From: Cupriavidus necator
Lineage (GTDB): Bacteria; Pseudomonadota; Gammaproteobacteria; Burkholderiales; Burkholderiaceae
Direction of reading: 5' to 3'
Length of the DNA: 32,000 nucleotides
Assembly (NCBI RefSeq): GCF_016127575.1
Contig: NZ_CP066018.1
Location: 2,490,001-2,522,000, forward strand
Both the position numbers and the translations under genes were made by a program. The notes below the pieces were generated by a model. The model worked only from the letters and a program-made list of their open reading frames with translations. It was not told where the DNA came from and did no database searches. Positions 1-9,500 of the stretch are shown here, in pieces. Within the stretch, counting starts at the first letter, position 1, and every line of letters starts with the position of its first letter.

Positions 1-589
1 GGATCGCGCACGCACGTGCGCGCCAGGCATGGCCGTCGTCGCGCGCGGCCTGGCCGGTGATCCACTGGCTGGTGCCGTCATGCAGCGCGGTGCCACCATC
101 CATCGATGCCGCCACCTTGATGCGCACCCACGGCAGCCCGCGCGTCATGCGCGAGACGAAGCCGATATTCAGGTCGCGCGCTTCCTTCTCCAGCAGGCCG
201 CAGCGCACGTCCACGCCGGCCTCGCGCAACCGCTGCAGGCCGCGCCCGGATACCGACGGGTTGGGATCCTCCATGGCCGCTACCACGCGCGCTACGCCCG
301 CGCGCACCAGCGCATCGGCGCACGGCGGCGTGCGTCCGAAATGGCTGCACGGCTCCAGCGTGACATAGGCGGTGGAGCCGGCCGGGTCCAGCCCGCGCGC
401 CAGCGCGTCCTTCATCGCCTGGATCTCGGCATGGTCCTGTCCGGCCGGCTGGGTAAACCCCTGGCCGATGACCTGGCCATCCTTGACGAGCACGCAGCCG
501 ACGCGCGGGTTGGGCGTGGTGATGAACATGCCCCGCGCGGCGAGCGCGAGGGCCTGTTGCATGGCGGCGTGGTCGGTATCGGAAAACAT
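1..589 (-). CDS. ribD: Riboflavin biosynthesis protein RibD (pyrimidine deaminase/reductase), 5' part; the gene continues past the left edge
   Basis: Absent from the ORF track because there is no stop in the window. Minus-strand translation from ATG 589-587 reads MFSDTDHAAMQQALALAARGMFITTPNPRVGCVLVKDGQVIGQGFTQPAGQDHAEIQAMKDAL...LEPCSHFGRTPPCADAL...PWVRIKVAASMDGGTA. This shows the deaminase zinc motifs HAE and PCxxC, then the start of the reductase domain. Confidence 0.85.
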   Translation of the reverse strand, partial: MFSDTDHAAMQQALALAARGMFITTPNPRVGCVLVKDGQVIGQGFTQPAGQDHAEIQAMKDALARGLDPAGSTAYVTLEPCSHFGRTPPCADALVRAGVARVVAAMEDPNPSVSGRGLQRLREAGVDVRCGLLEKEARDLNIGFVSRMTRGLPWVRIKVAASMDGGTALHDGTSQWITGQAARDDGHAWRARACAI

Positions 590-641
590 TCGGCGGTTGC
601 GTTTGCCTTGGCGCAGCGATCTGGAATACAGGGCTGCCGGG

Positions 642-1190
642 TTATGGTGGTCCGGAGGACTCCGTCGCATCGCAGTCAGCGTCGCGGCCGGGGGTGCAGA
701 GTCGGATACGTCCCTGCGCGCCCAGTCTGACTTGCCGCTGCTCGCCACGGCAGCCGAGCGTGAAAGTGGCGGCCTGGAAACCGCCCTGCTCAGAACGAGA
801 GTATCCCACAGGCAGGAATTTCAGCACATTCGTGCCGCGGGCGGTCTGGCGCAGCGTCACCCACAGGCAGGGCATGCCCGGTTCGACCACGGCCAGCACC
901 GCGCGGCGATCCGGGTCGCCGTCTGCCGCGACCAGTTGCCAGCCAGGGCCCAGCGTCGCCTCGCCCGGCAGCGGCTGCAGCGTCACCTCGAGGCGGCGCG
1001 CCAGTGCGGTGGCCCGCGCCAGCGCCAGCGATGCCGCCAGCCGGTCGGCCGCCAGTGTGACCTGTTGCCGGGCGAGCAGGCCGCCGAACACCGGATAGGA
1101 TGCCGCCGCCAGCAGTGCCAGGATGGCCAGGCCGGCGAGCAGCTCGGCCAGAGTCAGGCCATGGTGGCGGCGGGGAGCGTGGCTGTTCAT
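642..1190 (-). CDS. GspH/FimT-family type IV minor pilin (FimT/FimU-like), last gene of pilus module 1
   Basis: Internal ATG of ORF 642..1235. MNSHAPRRHHG|LTLAELLAGLAILALLAAASYP has a prepilin-type leader, Glu at +5 and a hydrophobic helix, followed by a GspH-like body (LAADRLAASLALARATAL). FimT and FimU cannot be told apart from sequence alone. Confidence 0.7.
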   Translation of the reverse strand: MNSHAPRRHHGLTLAELLAGLAILALLAAASYPVFGGLLARQQVTLAADRLAASLALARATALARRLEVTLQPLPGEATLGPGWQLVAADGDPDRRAVLAVVEPGMPCLWVTLRQTARGTNVLKFLPVGYSRSEQGGFQAATFTLGCRGEQRQVRLGAQGRIRLCTPGRDADCDATESSGPP

Positions 1191-1197
1191 CGCGCCT

Positions 1198-1656
1198 TCA
1201 GCAATGGGACGGAAGCGGCCGCGGCACGGCTTCACCTTCGGGTAGCGTCAGCCACTGTCCGGTGCTGCGCAGGATCAGCACGCCGCACTCCGGGTCGGGC
1301 CGCTGCGGGACGGCTCGCAATTCAACACAGGTATCCAGGCCGGCCTGCGGGCATGCCGCGGCTGTCACGACATGACGCACGGTGCCGGTGGCCGGTACGG
1401 GTAGTGGCCATTCCCCGGCGGCCACTTCGGCACCGGGTTCGGTGGCAAACGTCATGGCGCCGACGGCGTGGCGCTCCAGTTGCAGCATTCCCTCGGTCAG
1501 CGCGGTACGCGCCTGCGCCCGCCATCCCCGCATCAGGTGGCCGTGCCATGCGGGCACGGCGATGGCCGCGAGGATCGCGAGGACGGCCAGCGCAACCGCA
1601 AGCTCGACCAGGCTGAACCCGGCCCGGGGCCGGGAGGCAGGCGCCGCGGTAGTCAT
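1198..1656 (-). CDS. pilE: Type IV pilin PilE-like minor pilin (module 1)
   Basis: Internal ATG at 1656 within ORF 1198..2496. MTTAAPASRPRAG|FSLVELAVALAVLAILAAIAVPAW. The C-terminal C..L.A.P......CG.L.LRSTG pattern is shared with the module 2 PilE. Its ATG overlaps the upstream stop (ATGA at 1653-1656). Confidence 0.8.
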   Translation of the reverse strand: MTTAAPASRPRAGFSLVELAVALAVLAILAAIAVPAWHGHLMRGWRAQARTALTEGMLQLERHAVGAMTFATEPGAEVAAGEWPLPVPATGTVRHVVTAAACPQAGLDTCVELRAVPQRPDPECGVLILRSTGQWLTLPEGEAVPRPLPSHC

Positions 1657-3503
1657 GGCAAATCCTCCCGTACCGGTCCGGCGATCTCGCGCCAGCGCAG
1701 GCGCCCGGTGCGCCGGCTGGCCATGGTTTGCGACACCCGCGTGACCGTGTTGCCATCGACAGCCCATAGCGACAGCTCGTAAGCCTGGCGCGCGGTGCGT
1801 CCCGGCTGCGCCGGTGCGGCGGGCAATTCGGCAACGGTCACGAACACGCTGGCGCCTGGAGCCAGCAACTGGCCGGTGGCCATGTGCAGGCGTTCGCCGG
1901 TTCCGCTCTGGCTGACCGATTCCCCGGTCGCCGCCAGCACCAGGTAGCTGCGTTGCGCGCCATCGGGCGTGCGCGTCACGAACAGCAGATGGCCGGGGAA
2001 GACCGGCTGGACCTCCACCACCTGTTCGCCGGCATGGGGCAGGGTCAGATGCCAGCCGGCATCGCCGGCGCCGGCTGGCTGCGCGCGCAGGATGTGCCCG
2101 CCATCTACGGCCTGCGCCACAACTTGCACCAATGGGACTGCAGTGGCGCCGCGCGAGGACGACAGGTCGGGCACCGCTGCAAGTTCGTTGCCCGTGCCAT
2201 AGACCACGACCGGCGCAGTCGGCGCTCCGAGCAGCACGGGCGCTTCGGGCATGAGCGGCTGCGCCGACGTCTGCATCCGGTGGAGGCATGACACGGCGGG
2301 CGCACCGCCCGGCTGAGGCGCTTCCGCGAGCGGGAAGCGCCATAGCTGGCCGGCATCGTCTGTCGCATAGGCAGCGCGTGCCGTGCCTGTCATGTCGGAC
2401 AGCACGCTGGCCGCCACCAGGTTGCCGGTTGCCGGCCGGCCCAGGCAGTCGCGTTCCGGCAATGGCAAGGTGCGGACGGCGTACTGCCCGGCCCATGCCG
2501 CCCCGGCGGGCTTGTCCAATGGCAGCAGCGCAAGGCCGGAGCGCGCTGCCTCCGACTTGTCATGGGTCGCGGCAGCCAGCGTCACGACTGCGTACCAGCG
2601 CAATCCGTCCTGGCCAGGAATGCCGGCGGCACGCACCGGGCCGCGTGCGGATAGTGGCAATGTGTCCGTGGCGGCGATCTCCCACAGCAATGCAAAGGGC
2701 ATCGGACCGTCGGGATCCGAGACGTCGAGCGCGAATGCCGCTGCGGGGTTGCCGGTCCTGGCGCTGCCAGGGATGCCACACAGCACGACCGTGCGCCACT
2801 CGCCATGGATCGTCACATCCTGCGCTTCGGGGCGAGGGCAGGGCGCGGGCGCCAGCGGCGCGTCGTTCGCCGGCGTGGCGGCGGCATAGGGCAACAGCAC
2901 GCCGGGCAGATAGGCGGCGCGTTCCTCGCCGGTCACGGCATTGAACGCATGCAGCAGACCGTCGTTGGTGCCCAGCCAGACGACGTGCGGGCGCAGGCTG
3001 TAGCGCGCGCGAAAGCCGGCATGCCCGGGTTTGCCAGGCGCCCAGGCCGGAGGCGCAACCACCCGCACGCGCGCGCCTGCGGCATTGCCGAGTCGCGTGT
3101 CGCGCTGGCGCAGGCCGGCCTCGGTGCGGTCGCCGCGCAGCCATTCGAGGTGAGCGCGGTCAAGGCGGCCCAGCATGTCCGCGCTATCCGTATTCCGGAA
3201 GGCGGCATCGATGGCAGCCCATTGCAGCGCGATGACGCGCTGCGGCGGCGCTGACGACGTGAATATGCGACGCGATCCAACCGGCCGATGGTCGAGGCTC
3301 GTGCCGGCTTCCCATAGATAAGGCGACAGCACTGGCGCCGGTCCTTGCCAGCCGACAGCGAACAAGCGCCCGGTCCACGGATACGCGCCCGCCGTGGTCC
3401 GGTAAGCCAGCGGCAATCGGCCTGCTTCGGATCCGGTGGCGGCAGACGCTGGTGCAATGGCGATGGCCAGGCAGGCGAAGGCAACGGCAACGAGGCGATT
3501 CAC
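1653..3503 (-). CDS. pilY1: Short PilY1-family protein (616 aa): signal peptide plus PilY1 C-terminal domain only (module 1)
   Basis: GTG at 3503 overlaps the pilX stop (GTGA). Signal peptide VNRLVAVAFACLAIAIAPASA. PilY1 hallmarks are LEWLRGDRTE, VVWLGTNDGLLHAFNAVTGEERAAYLPG and C-terminal TGRLRWREI (module 2 has TGRLGWREI). The upstream extension of ORF 1653..3809 overlaps pilX and is rejected. Confidence 0.75.
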   Translation of the reverse strand: MNRLVAVAFACLAIAIAPASAATGSEAGRLPLAYRTTAGAYPWTGRLFAVGWQGPAPVLSPYLWEAGTSLDHRPVGSRRIFTSSAPPQRVIALQWAAIDAAFRNTDSADMLGRLDRAHLEWLRGDRTEAGLRQRDTRLGNAAGARVRVVAPPAWAPGKPGHAGFRARYSLRPHVVWLGTNDGLLHAFNAVTGEERAAYLPGVLLPYAAATPANDAPLAPAPCPRPEAQDVTIHGEWRTVVLCGIPGSARTGNPAAAFALDVSDPDGPMPFALLWEIAATDTLPLSARGPVRAAGIPGQDGLRWYAVVTLAAATHDKSEAARSGLALLPLDKPAGAAWAGQYAVRTLPLPERDCLGRPATGNLVAASVLSDMTGTARAAYATDDAGQLWRFPLAEAPQPGGAPAVSCLHRMQTSAQPLMPEAPVLLGAPTAPVVVYGTGNELAAVPDLSSSRGATAVPLVQVVAQAVDGGHILRAQPAGAGDAGWHLTLPHAGEQVVEVQPVFPGHLLFVTRTPDGAQRSYLVLAATGESVSQSGTGERLHMATGQLLAPGASVFVTVAELPAAPAQPGRTARQAYELSLWAVDGNTVTRVSQTMASRRTGRLRWREIAGPVREDLP

Positions 3504-4105
3504 GGCTGGATCACGCTCTGTAGCACGGCACGTACGGCACGGCTGCGGCCGAAGCCGATGGCCGTGATCCGGATCCGTGGTGCCGGTGTGGTGGCGGAAG
3601 GGGCATCCGGAGTGCTGTAGCCGGACGGTGCTTCGTCCAGGATCTCGGCGACATACCGCGGCAGTTCGCGCGTGCCGGCGGCACCCGCGGGCAGCACCGG
3701 CAGCGTCGCACCCGAGAAGCGGCCGAATGGCACGCCGACGGCGTCCGCGCTGGTGTCGGCCAGCAGCCAGGGCTGCCACACGGGTGGGCCCGTCACCGCT
3801 GGCCGGCACACGCCAGCCTGCTGGCCGCTGCCGCAGTGTCCCGGTGCCGGCCAGATGCCGAGCCGCCCCATCATGTCTTGCGATATGGCGGCCGCAAGCA
3901 GGTCCGACTCGGCATCAAGCAACGCGACCTCGGCGGCCCGGAATGCGATTTCGCGTTCGAGCTGCATGACGGCAAGTTGCCGCGCGGACAGCAGCATGTG
4001 CAGCGTGCCGGTAGCGGTCAGCACTACCAGCAGCAGCATCGTGGCGCAGAGCAGCAGCGTGACGGCGCCTGCATTGTGGCGACATGGAAGGCGGCGGGCT
4101 AGCAC
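3500..4105 (-). CDS. pilX: PilX N-terminal domain pilus assembly protein (module 1)
   Basis: GTG start at 4105 overlaps the pilW stop. N-terminal hydrophobic segment NAGAVTLLLCATMLLLVVLTATG, then ARQLAVMQLEREIAFRAAEVALLDAESDL. This matches the PilX pattern also seen in module 2 (QQAAEAALLDAEIDI). Confidence 0.7.
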   Translation of the reverse strand: MLARRLPCRHNAGAVTLLLCATMLLLVVLTATGTLHMLLSARQLAVMQLEREIAFRAAEVALLDAESDLLAAAISQDMMGRLGIWPAPGHCGSGQQAGVCRPAVTGPPVWQPWLLADTSADAVGVPFGRFSGATLPVLPAGAAGTRELPRYVAEILDEAPSGYSTPDAPSATTPAPRIRITAIGFGRSRAVRAVLQSVIQP

Positions 4106-5004
4106 AGCGTTTCCTGGCAGCGTGGCGCATTGCGCAGCCGCACCGTGGTGGCGAAGACGCGGCGGGCGGTGCCGGCCTGCGACGGCGGCACCGGCGCCAG
4201 ATCGCCGGCGGCGGTGCCGGGTGGGTCGGCGTCTTTGCCCGGGCTTGCCGCTGCCGAACCCGGGCGCTCGCCGCGCACGGCAATGGCAATCTGCACGGCC
4301 ACCACGCGATGCCAGGCGGATTCATCCAGCGAGTGGATCGCGGATGCCGTCTCGAAGCGGTCGGCCCGGCCGTCGCCGTCCGTATCCAGGCCGTAGCGCA
4401 CTTGCAGTGATTCAACGCCGCGGACCAGCGCGCCGGAGGTCCAGCCAGTGCCGTCGATCACGCCACCGCGGCGTGCCGGGTAGCGGCACAGCAGTTGCGG
4501 CACGCCATCGCTGCCCGCCGCGACATAGATCAGGTTGGCTGCGACGTAGCCACTGTGCGCGTCAGCACCGGCCACGCGCGCGGCGACGGCGTAGCCGCTG
4601 CAGTCGGTCATGGCTTCATCCGGCTGCGACGGCGCAGCCGGCAGGCCGCTGCCGCTGAAGCGGACCAGCAGCGCATCGCTGCGGCCGACGCCAGCCCTGC
4701 CGCAGGACGGCACCGCACCGATGGCAGGCTGACCGCAGTCGTCGGCGCCGCTGACGGCCGGCGGCGCAGGGTAGGAGGTGGCGGGAAGGGGCTCGCCCGG
4801 CCAGCCGGACTGGCGCAGCAGCGCGGCGATGATCGTCAGGGCGCGCTGGCCGCGCTCTTCGAGCAGGATGCGGTCGGTGGCGGTGAGGTAGGCGGTACGA
4901 GTGGCATGGAATGCCGCAACGGCTGCCGCGGTGACGATCAGGCCGAGTATCAGTCCGACCAGCAGCTCGACCAGCGAGAATGCCCTGGATGCGTCCCGCC
5001 TCAT
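4099..5004 (-). CDS. pilW: PilW-family type IV minor pilin (module 1)
   Basis: Internal ATG at 5004 of ORF 4099..5112. MRRDASRA|FSLVELLVGLILGLIVTAAAVAAF prepilin N-terminus. PilW-typical YGLDTDGDGRADRF loop near the C-terminus. ATGA overlap with the pilV stop at 5001-5004. Confidence 0.8.
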   Translation of the reverse strand: MRRDASRAFSLVELLVGLILGLIVTAAAVAAFHATRTAYLTATDRILLEERGQRALTIIAALLRQSGWPGEPLPATSYPAPPAVSGADDCGQPAIGAVPSCGRAGVGRSDALLVRFSGSGLPAAPSQPDEAMTDCSGYAVAARVAGADAHSGYVAANLIYVAAGSDGVPQLLCRYPARRGGVIDGTGWTSGALVRGVESLQVRYGLDTDGDGRADRFETASAIHSLDESAWHRVVAVQIAIAVRGERPGSAAASPGKDADPPGTAAGDLAPVPPSQAGTARRVFATTVRLRNAPRCQETLC

Positions 5005-5393
5005 GGGTGCATCCACAAGGCGATCGCGGGTATGCCGGCCTGCCCGCCAAGCCGTCCGGCCATGATCAGTGGCGAATCTTCCGGGCACGGAAACGCCGGG
5101 TTGCTCCCGCACCGGCTCGACCAGAGGTCTGGTCGCCCGCTTTGCAGTGCCGGCTGCGCTGTATCCAGCTCAGCCATCTCCACGGCAAGGCGGGCGGACC
5201 GGGCCAGCGCGTCGAGTTCGCGCAGCTGGGCCAGCGCCTTCGGCGCCAGCCCCATCATTGGCATCAGCCCGGCACCAAGGACGATCAGCGCGCACAGCGT
5301 TTCATGCAGCGCGAATCCCGCGGGGCGGCCGGCGCAACGCGGTCTGCGGCGCGGGCGGGCAGGTGGATGTGCTGGCTTGCGAAGATCCGGCAT
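5001..5393 (-). CDS. pilV: Small atypical PilV-like minor pilin, 130 aa (module 1)
   Basis: ORF 5001..5393. ...RPAG|FALHETLCALIVLGAGLMPMMGL has a prepilin-like G|F..xE motif and hydrophobic helix in the PilV position of the module. It is much shorter than the module 2 PilV (209 aa) and its C-terminal body is divergent. Confidence 0.55.
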   Translation of the reverse strand: MPDLRKPAHPPARPRRRPRCAGRPAGFALHETLCALIVLGAGLMPMMGLAPKALAQLRELDALARSARLAVEMAELDTAQPALQSGRPDLWSSRCGSNPAFPCPEDSPLIMAGRLGGQAGIPAIALWMHP

Positions 5394-5521
5394 GGGCGGT
5401 CACCGAGACTGGCAGGGACCGTCAGACTAGCTGTCGCGAGCAGGCGAATACGTGCCTAAGCGTGGAGGATTTGCAGAATGTTGTTTCGGTCTTCCCGGGA
5501 ACAGCGACCAGGCAGCCTCGC

Positions 5522-6055
5522 CTACTGACACACCGTGGCTTGTGTCGGCACGGGCGCGCATACGCGGACCCTGCCCAACTGGCTGATATCGATGAGCTTC
5601 TGGTTGCCGGTGCCCAGTCCCATCAGCACCTGGGCAGACTGCATCGCATCTGCCAGCGTGCGGGTATAGCCTACGGGCGAGTAGGAGAGGACCCCCGACT
5701 GCGGCGTGCTGGAGAATGCTACGGTCAATCCCTGGGCGGAGGGGACATGCTGAACCAGCACGGCTTGGCCCGTGCAGTCCGCGTTTCGATTTGGGTTCAG
5801 GCAGACAGTCCAGCCGTTGCGCCAGTCATTGCTGACGGGCGCCACGGTGACCCAGCTATTGCGCGATAGCGCACTGGCCCGTGCCAGGGAAAGCGACGAA
5901 GCCAGCGCGTCTGCTTCAGTGGCAAGCGTGTTGCGCTGAATGAAGGAGGTGTAGGCGGGTGCCGCCATGCCGGCGAGGATGACCAGCACGACCAGCGTGA
6001 CCAGCAGTTCGATCAGCGTGAATCCGGTCTGGGGTCGGGGGGCTTGAGGGCGCAT
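5522..6055 (-). CDS. GspH/FimT-family minor pilin (FimU-like), first gene of module 1
   Basis: Within ORF 5522..6214. MRPQAPRPQTG|FTLIELLVTLVVLVILAGMAAPAY, then a GspH-like body (EADALASSLSLARASAL). ATG 6055-6053 overlaps the pilE2 stop (TGATG). An alternative ATG lies at 6064. Confidence 0.75.
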   Translation of the reverse strand: MRPQAPRPQTGFTLIELLVTLVVLVILAGMAAPAYTSFIQRNTLATEADALASSLSLARASALSRNSWVTVAPVSNDWRNGWTVCLNPNRNADCTGQAVLVQHVPSAQGLTVAFSSTPQSGVLSYSPVGYTRTLADAMQSAQVLMGLGTGNQKLIDISQLGRVRVCAPVPTQATVCQ

Positions 6056-6510
6056 CACCAGCATCCCTGGGGCAGGTTCGCGAAGGCGGCGACATGGTTG
6101 ATCAGCACGCCGCGCTCGCCGGTGCTGCGCAGCAGCAGCGTGCCACAGCGGTTGTCGGCGATCGTGGGCGTGGCGCTGACCTGCACGCATTCGTTGAATG
6201 CCAGCCCTGCGCACGCGCCGGATGCAATCGCGTAGTTGCCGCTTTCCGAGGCTTGCGGGAAGCCGCGCCAGGCGCGCGTGCTGTCGGCGGGGTCGACGTA
6301 GGAGTTGGCCTGTGCGTAACGACGCTCCAGCGCTTGCATGGCCGTCATCAATGCAGCCTTGGCTTCGGTGCGGCGCCCGCGGGCAACATGTTCGGCGTAG
6401 TTGGGATACGCAATGCCGGCGAGGATGCCAAGGATGGCGATGGCAATCAGCATCTCCATCAGCGTGAAGCCGCTGGCGTGGCGACGCCAGTCACGGTGGC
6501 AGCGCTTCAT
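6055..6510 (-). CDS. pilE: Type IV pilin PilE-like minor pilin (module 2)
   Basis: Internal ATG 6510 of ORF 6055..6852. MKRCHRDWRRHASG|FTLMEMLIAIAILGILAGIAYPNY. C-terminal CVQVSATPTIADNRCGTLLLRSTGE. ATGA overlap with the pilY1 stop at 6507-6510. Confidence 0.85.
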   Translation of the reverse strand: MKRCHRDWRRHASGFTLMEMLIAIAILGILAGIAYPNYAEHVARGRRTEAKAALMTAMQALERRYAQANSYVDPADSTRAWRGFPQASESGNYAIASGACAGLAFNECVQVSATPTIADNRCGTLLLRSTGERGVLINHVAAFANLPQGCW

Positions 6511-9500
6511 TTTGCGGCTCCGAAATTGCGAATCTCGCGCCAGCCAAGGCGCCCGGTGGTGGGGTGCCCCCCGTCGGTGGCTGTGTTGCCGGACACAAGC
6601 GGCCTGCTGGACAACGACGCGCCTGCGCTGCGGCCGCCACCCGATGCGCCGAACGAGAACACGTCGATGAACTTCAGCGTAGTGATCTGGCCGACGGCAT
6701 TGCGTTGTGGATCGACCGTGGTCTTGGTCTGGATCAGCACTGGCGCACCCAGGATGCCGAAGGTGGAGAGATCGCCGGTCGATGTCCCCGTGGCGGGCAT
6801 GCCGGTCAGCGCATTGATCTGATAGCGGCCGCTGTTGCTGGAGGCGCCGCAAAGATCTTCGCCGGTCATCAGCGAGTTGAACCAGATCTTTCCGTAGGCT
6901 GGCACGAGTGCGGTGACCTGGCGTTCTCCGTTGCCCGGGAAATCAAAGTACCACCCCGCCTTCTGCCCAGTCTTTGAGCCGAGGCTATAGCTGCGTGACG
7001 AATATTCGTAAGCGCCCTTGCTGTTACGGGTCAGGGTGACCGGGTTCAGCATGCTGCGGTCTGCGATCGACTGGGAGCCTCCCGCATCGTAGATGCCGTA
7101 CATGGCGTTCCGGGTCAGCGTGCCGGTGGTGATGGTGTCGGCAGGCTCCAGGTACTTCCCGGTGCCGAACACCACCATGTAGCCGCCGGGCGCGTAGACC
7201 CATTTGGGCTGGACCGTGATCGGTTGCGGCTTTCCGCTGGCATCGCGGGCCTGGAACAGCGGCCGGCCGTAGTTGCCGCCGCCGTAGTAGGGCAGGGCCC
7301 CGGCAGCGTTCCAGGTGGATGGGCCGCCATTCAGGATGAACTTCCAGAGGCGGCCCTGGAGGTCGCCGGCGTAGGCGGCGACGGTCTGCCCGTCGGTAAG
7401 CCGCACCAGCGCCGGCGAGCTCAGCCCGTTGGCAATGCCGGCGGTGACGTCCGCCGCCATCGAGATCTTCCAGTAATTGACGCCCAGTTGCCACGGCGTC
7501 CCGGCCGGCTTGTCCAGTGCCACGATGAACAGCACCGAAGGCGCGGCCGGATTGCTCGCGCCATCCGCATCGTTGGCATTCAGGCCGTTGCCCGTCATGG
7601 CAAACCACCTGTACACAGGCTTGTTGTCGGAGTCCTTGCCGGCAAACAGCTTGACGATCTGGGGCGGCGACATGACGTTGCCCATGTCGGCATCATCCTT
7701 GTCCGTGAACTCCCACAAGACATTGCCGGATCCGACGCTGGCGGGATCGCTGACATTCAGCGCAAAGAGGCCTTGCGCGCCGCCACCCATGCCAGAGACC
7801 AGCACGGTCTGCCAGGCGTTGCCGACCCGGGCTTCCGCCACGGCAGGCGTGGCGTCCACGTACGGCCGATGGATATAGCTCGGCGAGGTCAGCTGGACCA
7901 GGTTGGCGAACACTGCGTTTGGCACGTAGGCAAACAGTTCAGAGCCATTGGCCGCATTGAAGGCGTGGAGCATGCCATCGTTGGCGCCGATGTAAACTGC
8001 GGCGGTACGCTGGCTGTGGGCCTTGTAGAAGGCGGTGTAGTCGCTTTCGGCGATGGTGCTGGACGGGGCCGCCATGTAGACGGGGCCCGAGTTGACGATG
8101 TCGCCCAGCAGTGAGTCGCGCAAGCGCATGGTCCCCGTGCTGCCGGTGGATTGCTCCTGGCTGCGCTCGCCACGCAGATAGCTGAGCCGGCTCTGGGCCA
8201 CGGTGTCAGTCTCTGTCGGCGCGAGCTTCAGTGCGGCCTTCTGCGCGGCGTTGAGGGATTTCCATTCGAAGGTGGCGCCCGCACCCGCGCCGGTTCCTGC
8301 ATTGTCGGCCGTGCCCGACGGGACCCAGGTCAGCAGATTGCGGGCAGCGGTGCGGGCAGTCAGCACCTTGCCGGCCTCCCAGGTTTCGGTACTGGAGATC
8401 TGAACGCCGGTGTCGGGATCATTGGTCACCGCCAGTGCCGAAAGGCGCCCGTTCCATCGCTGGTCGAATCCGGGAGTGAACAAGAGGGTGTCGCTCGCCA
8501 CCTGGGAAGAGGTCAGTGCCACGCCAGACAATGTGCCGGCCGCGTTGACGATTTGCGCGAAGACCTTCTTGATGGAAGCGATCATGGCGGCCGGCTGCCC
8601 GGCCAGGAACCAGTTGGCGGGGACGTCGGATCCGCCCGACGATTCCCATTCGGCATTGCTGGTGACGGTGGCGCCGCTGGCCCCCTTGGTGCGGAACGGA
8701 TTGCCATCACCATTCTGGTCGTCAAAGCCGCCGTATTTTGCCGCCAGGTACATCTGGCTGCGGCGCTGTTCGTCGCCGACGCTGCCGTTCCCGTTCTCAT
8801 TGACGTCGATGCTGAACGTGGTGACGCGCAATTCCGGCATATCCGGGCGGAAGCCGTAGGTATGGGCCCAATACGCGACGCCGGCCATATAGTAGGTGCC
8901 GTGGCCGCTGGAGCCGGTGTCGGCGCCAGCCAGGTTGGCGAGCGAGGTGTCGGGGCGGCTGTTGCCGGATGTTCCCGAACTCTCGAGATCGGCCACCGCC
9001 TGCGTCCAGGTCGTGACATCGAAGCTGTACTTGCTGTATTTCGATATCGCGTCCGCCGGCCGGGCCGAGTCGTTGGCAGAGACCGGCTTGCCACCGGAGA
9101 GGTAGGTCGTCCTGGTGTTGCCGGGAATGTAGCGGTCCCAGTGCGTATTGATATCGGCAATGGCAAGGACGTAGTTCTTCTGGCAACTGGCAAGGATGGG
9201 GTCTGTCCATTGTGTGTAGACCGGAAATCCATCCTTGTAGGCGCTGGCGTTGTCGATGGCTTCGGGCGTTGGTTGCCGGCCTTGCAGGTAGCGGATGCTC
9301 TCGTAGTAGAGTTCGCCGACCGGATCCAATGACTTGTAGGCGCCGGAACGCCCGAACTGATTCAGGTAATTGATGACGCCGCTGATGTTCTCTGACGCGC
9401 TCTCGGGGTTCTGGATGAATACGCCGTCGTCATCCCATTCCCGGCGCAGGTTGCTGGCTTGGTTGAAATTGCTGTCGACGGTGTTCGGCCCCACATACTT

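Noticed and set aside
1198-3809. Long N-terminal extensions of ORFs 1198..2496 and 1653..3809 (also 4099..5112, 5522..6214, 6055..6852, 10990..12150, 25756..26874 and 29169..30431)
   Set aside because: The extensions overlap the preceding gene by hundreds of nt. They also place the prepilin leader, signal peptide or first conserved motif far inside the protein. Internal starts that overlap the upstream stop codon give canonical N-termini.
372-9332. Numerous plus-strand ORFs over the pilus array and ribD (for example 372..1616, 3672..4658, 7224..8114, 8151..9332)
   Set aside because: All are antisense or out of frame relative to the prepilin-motif-bearing minus-strand genes. Their products are Arg/Pro/Ala-rich with no motifs, and the minus-strand genes tile the region with coupled stops and starts.
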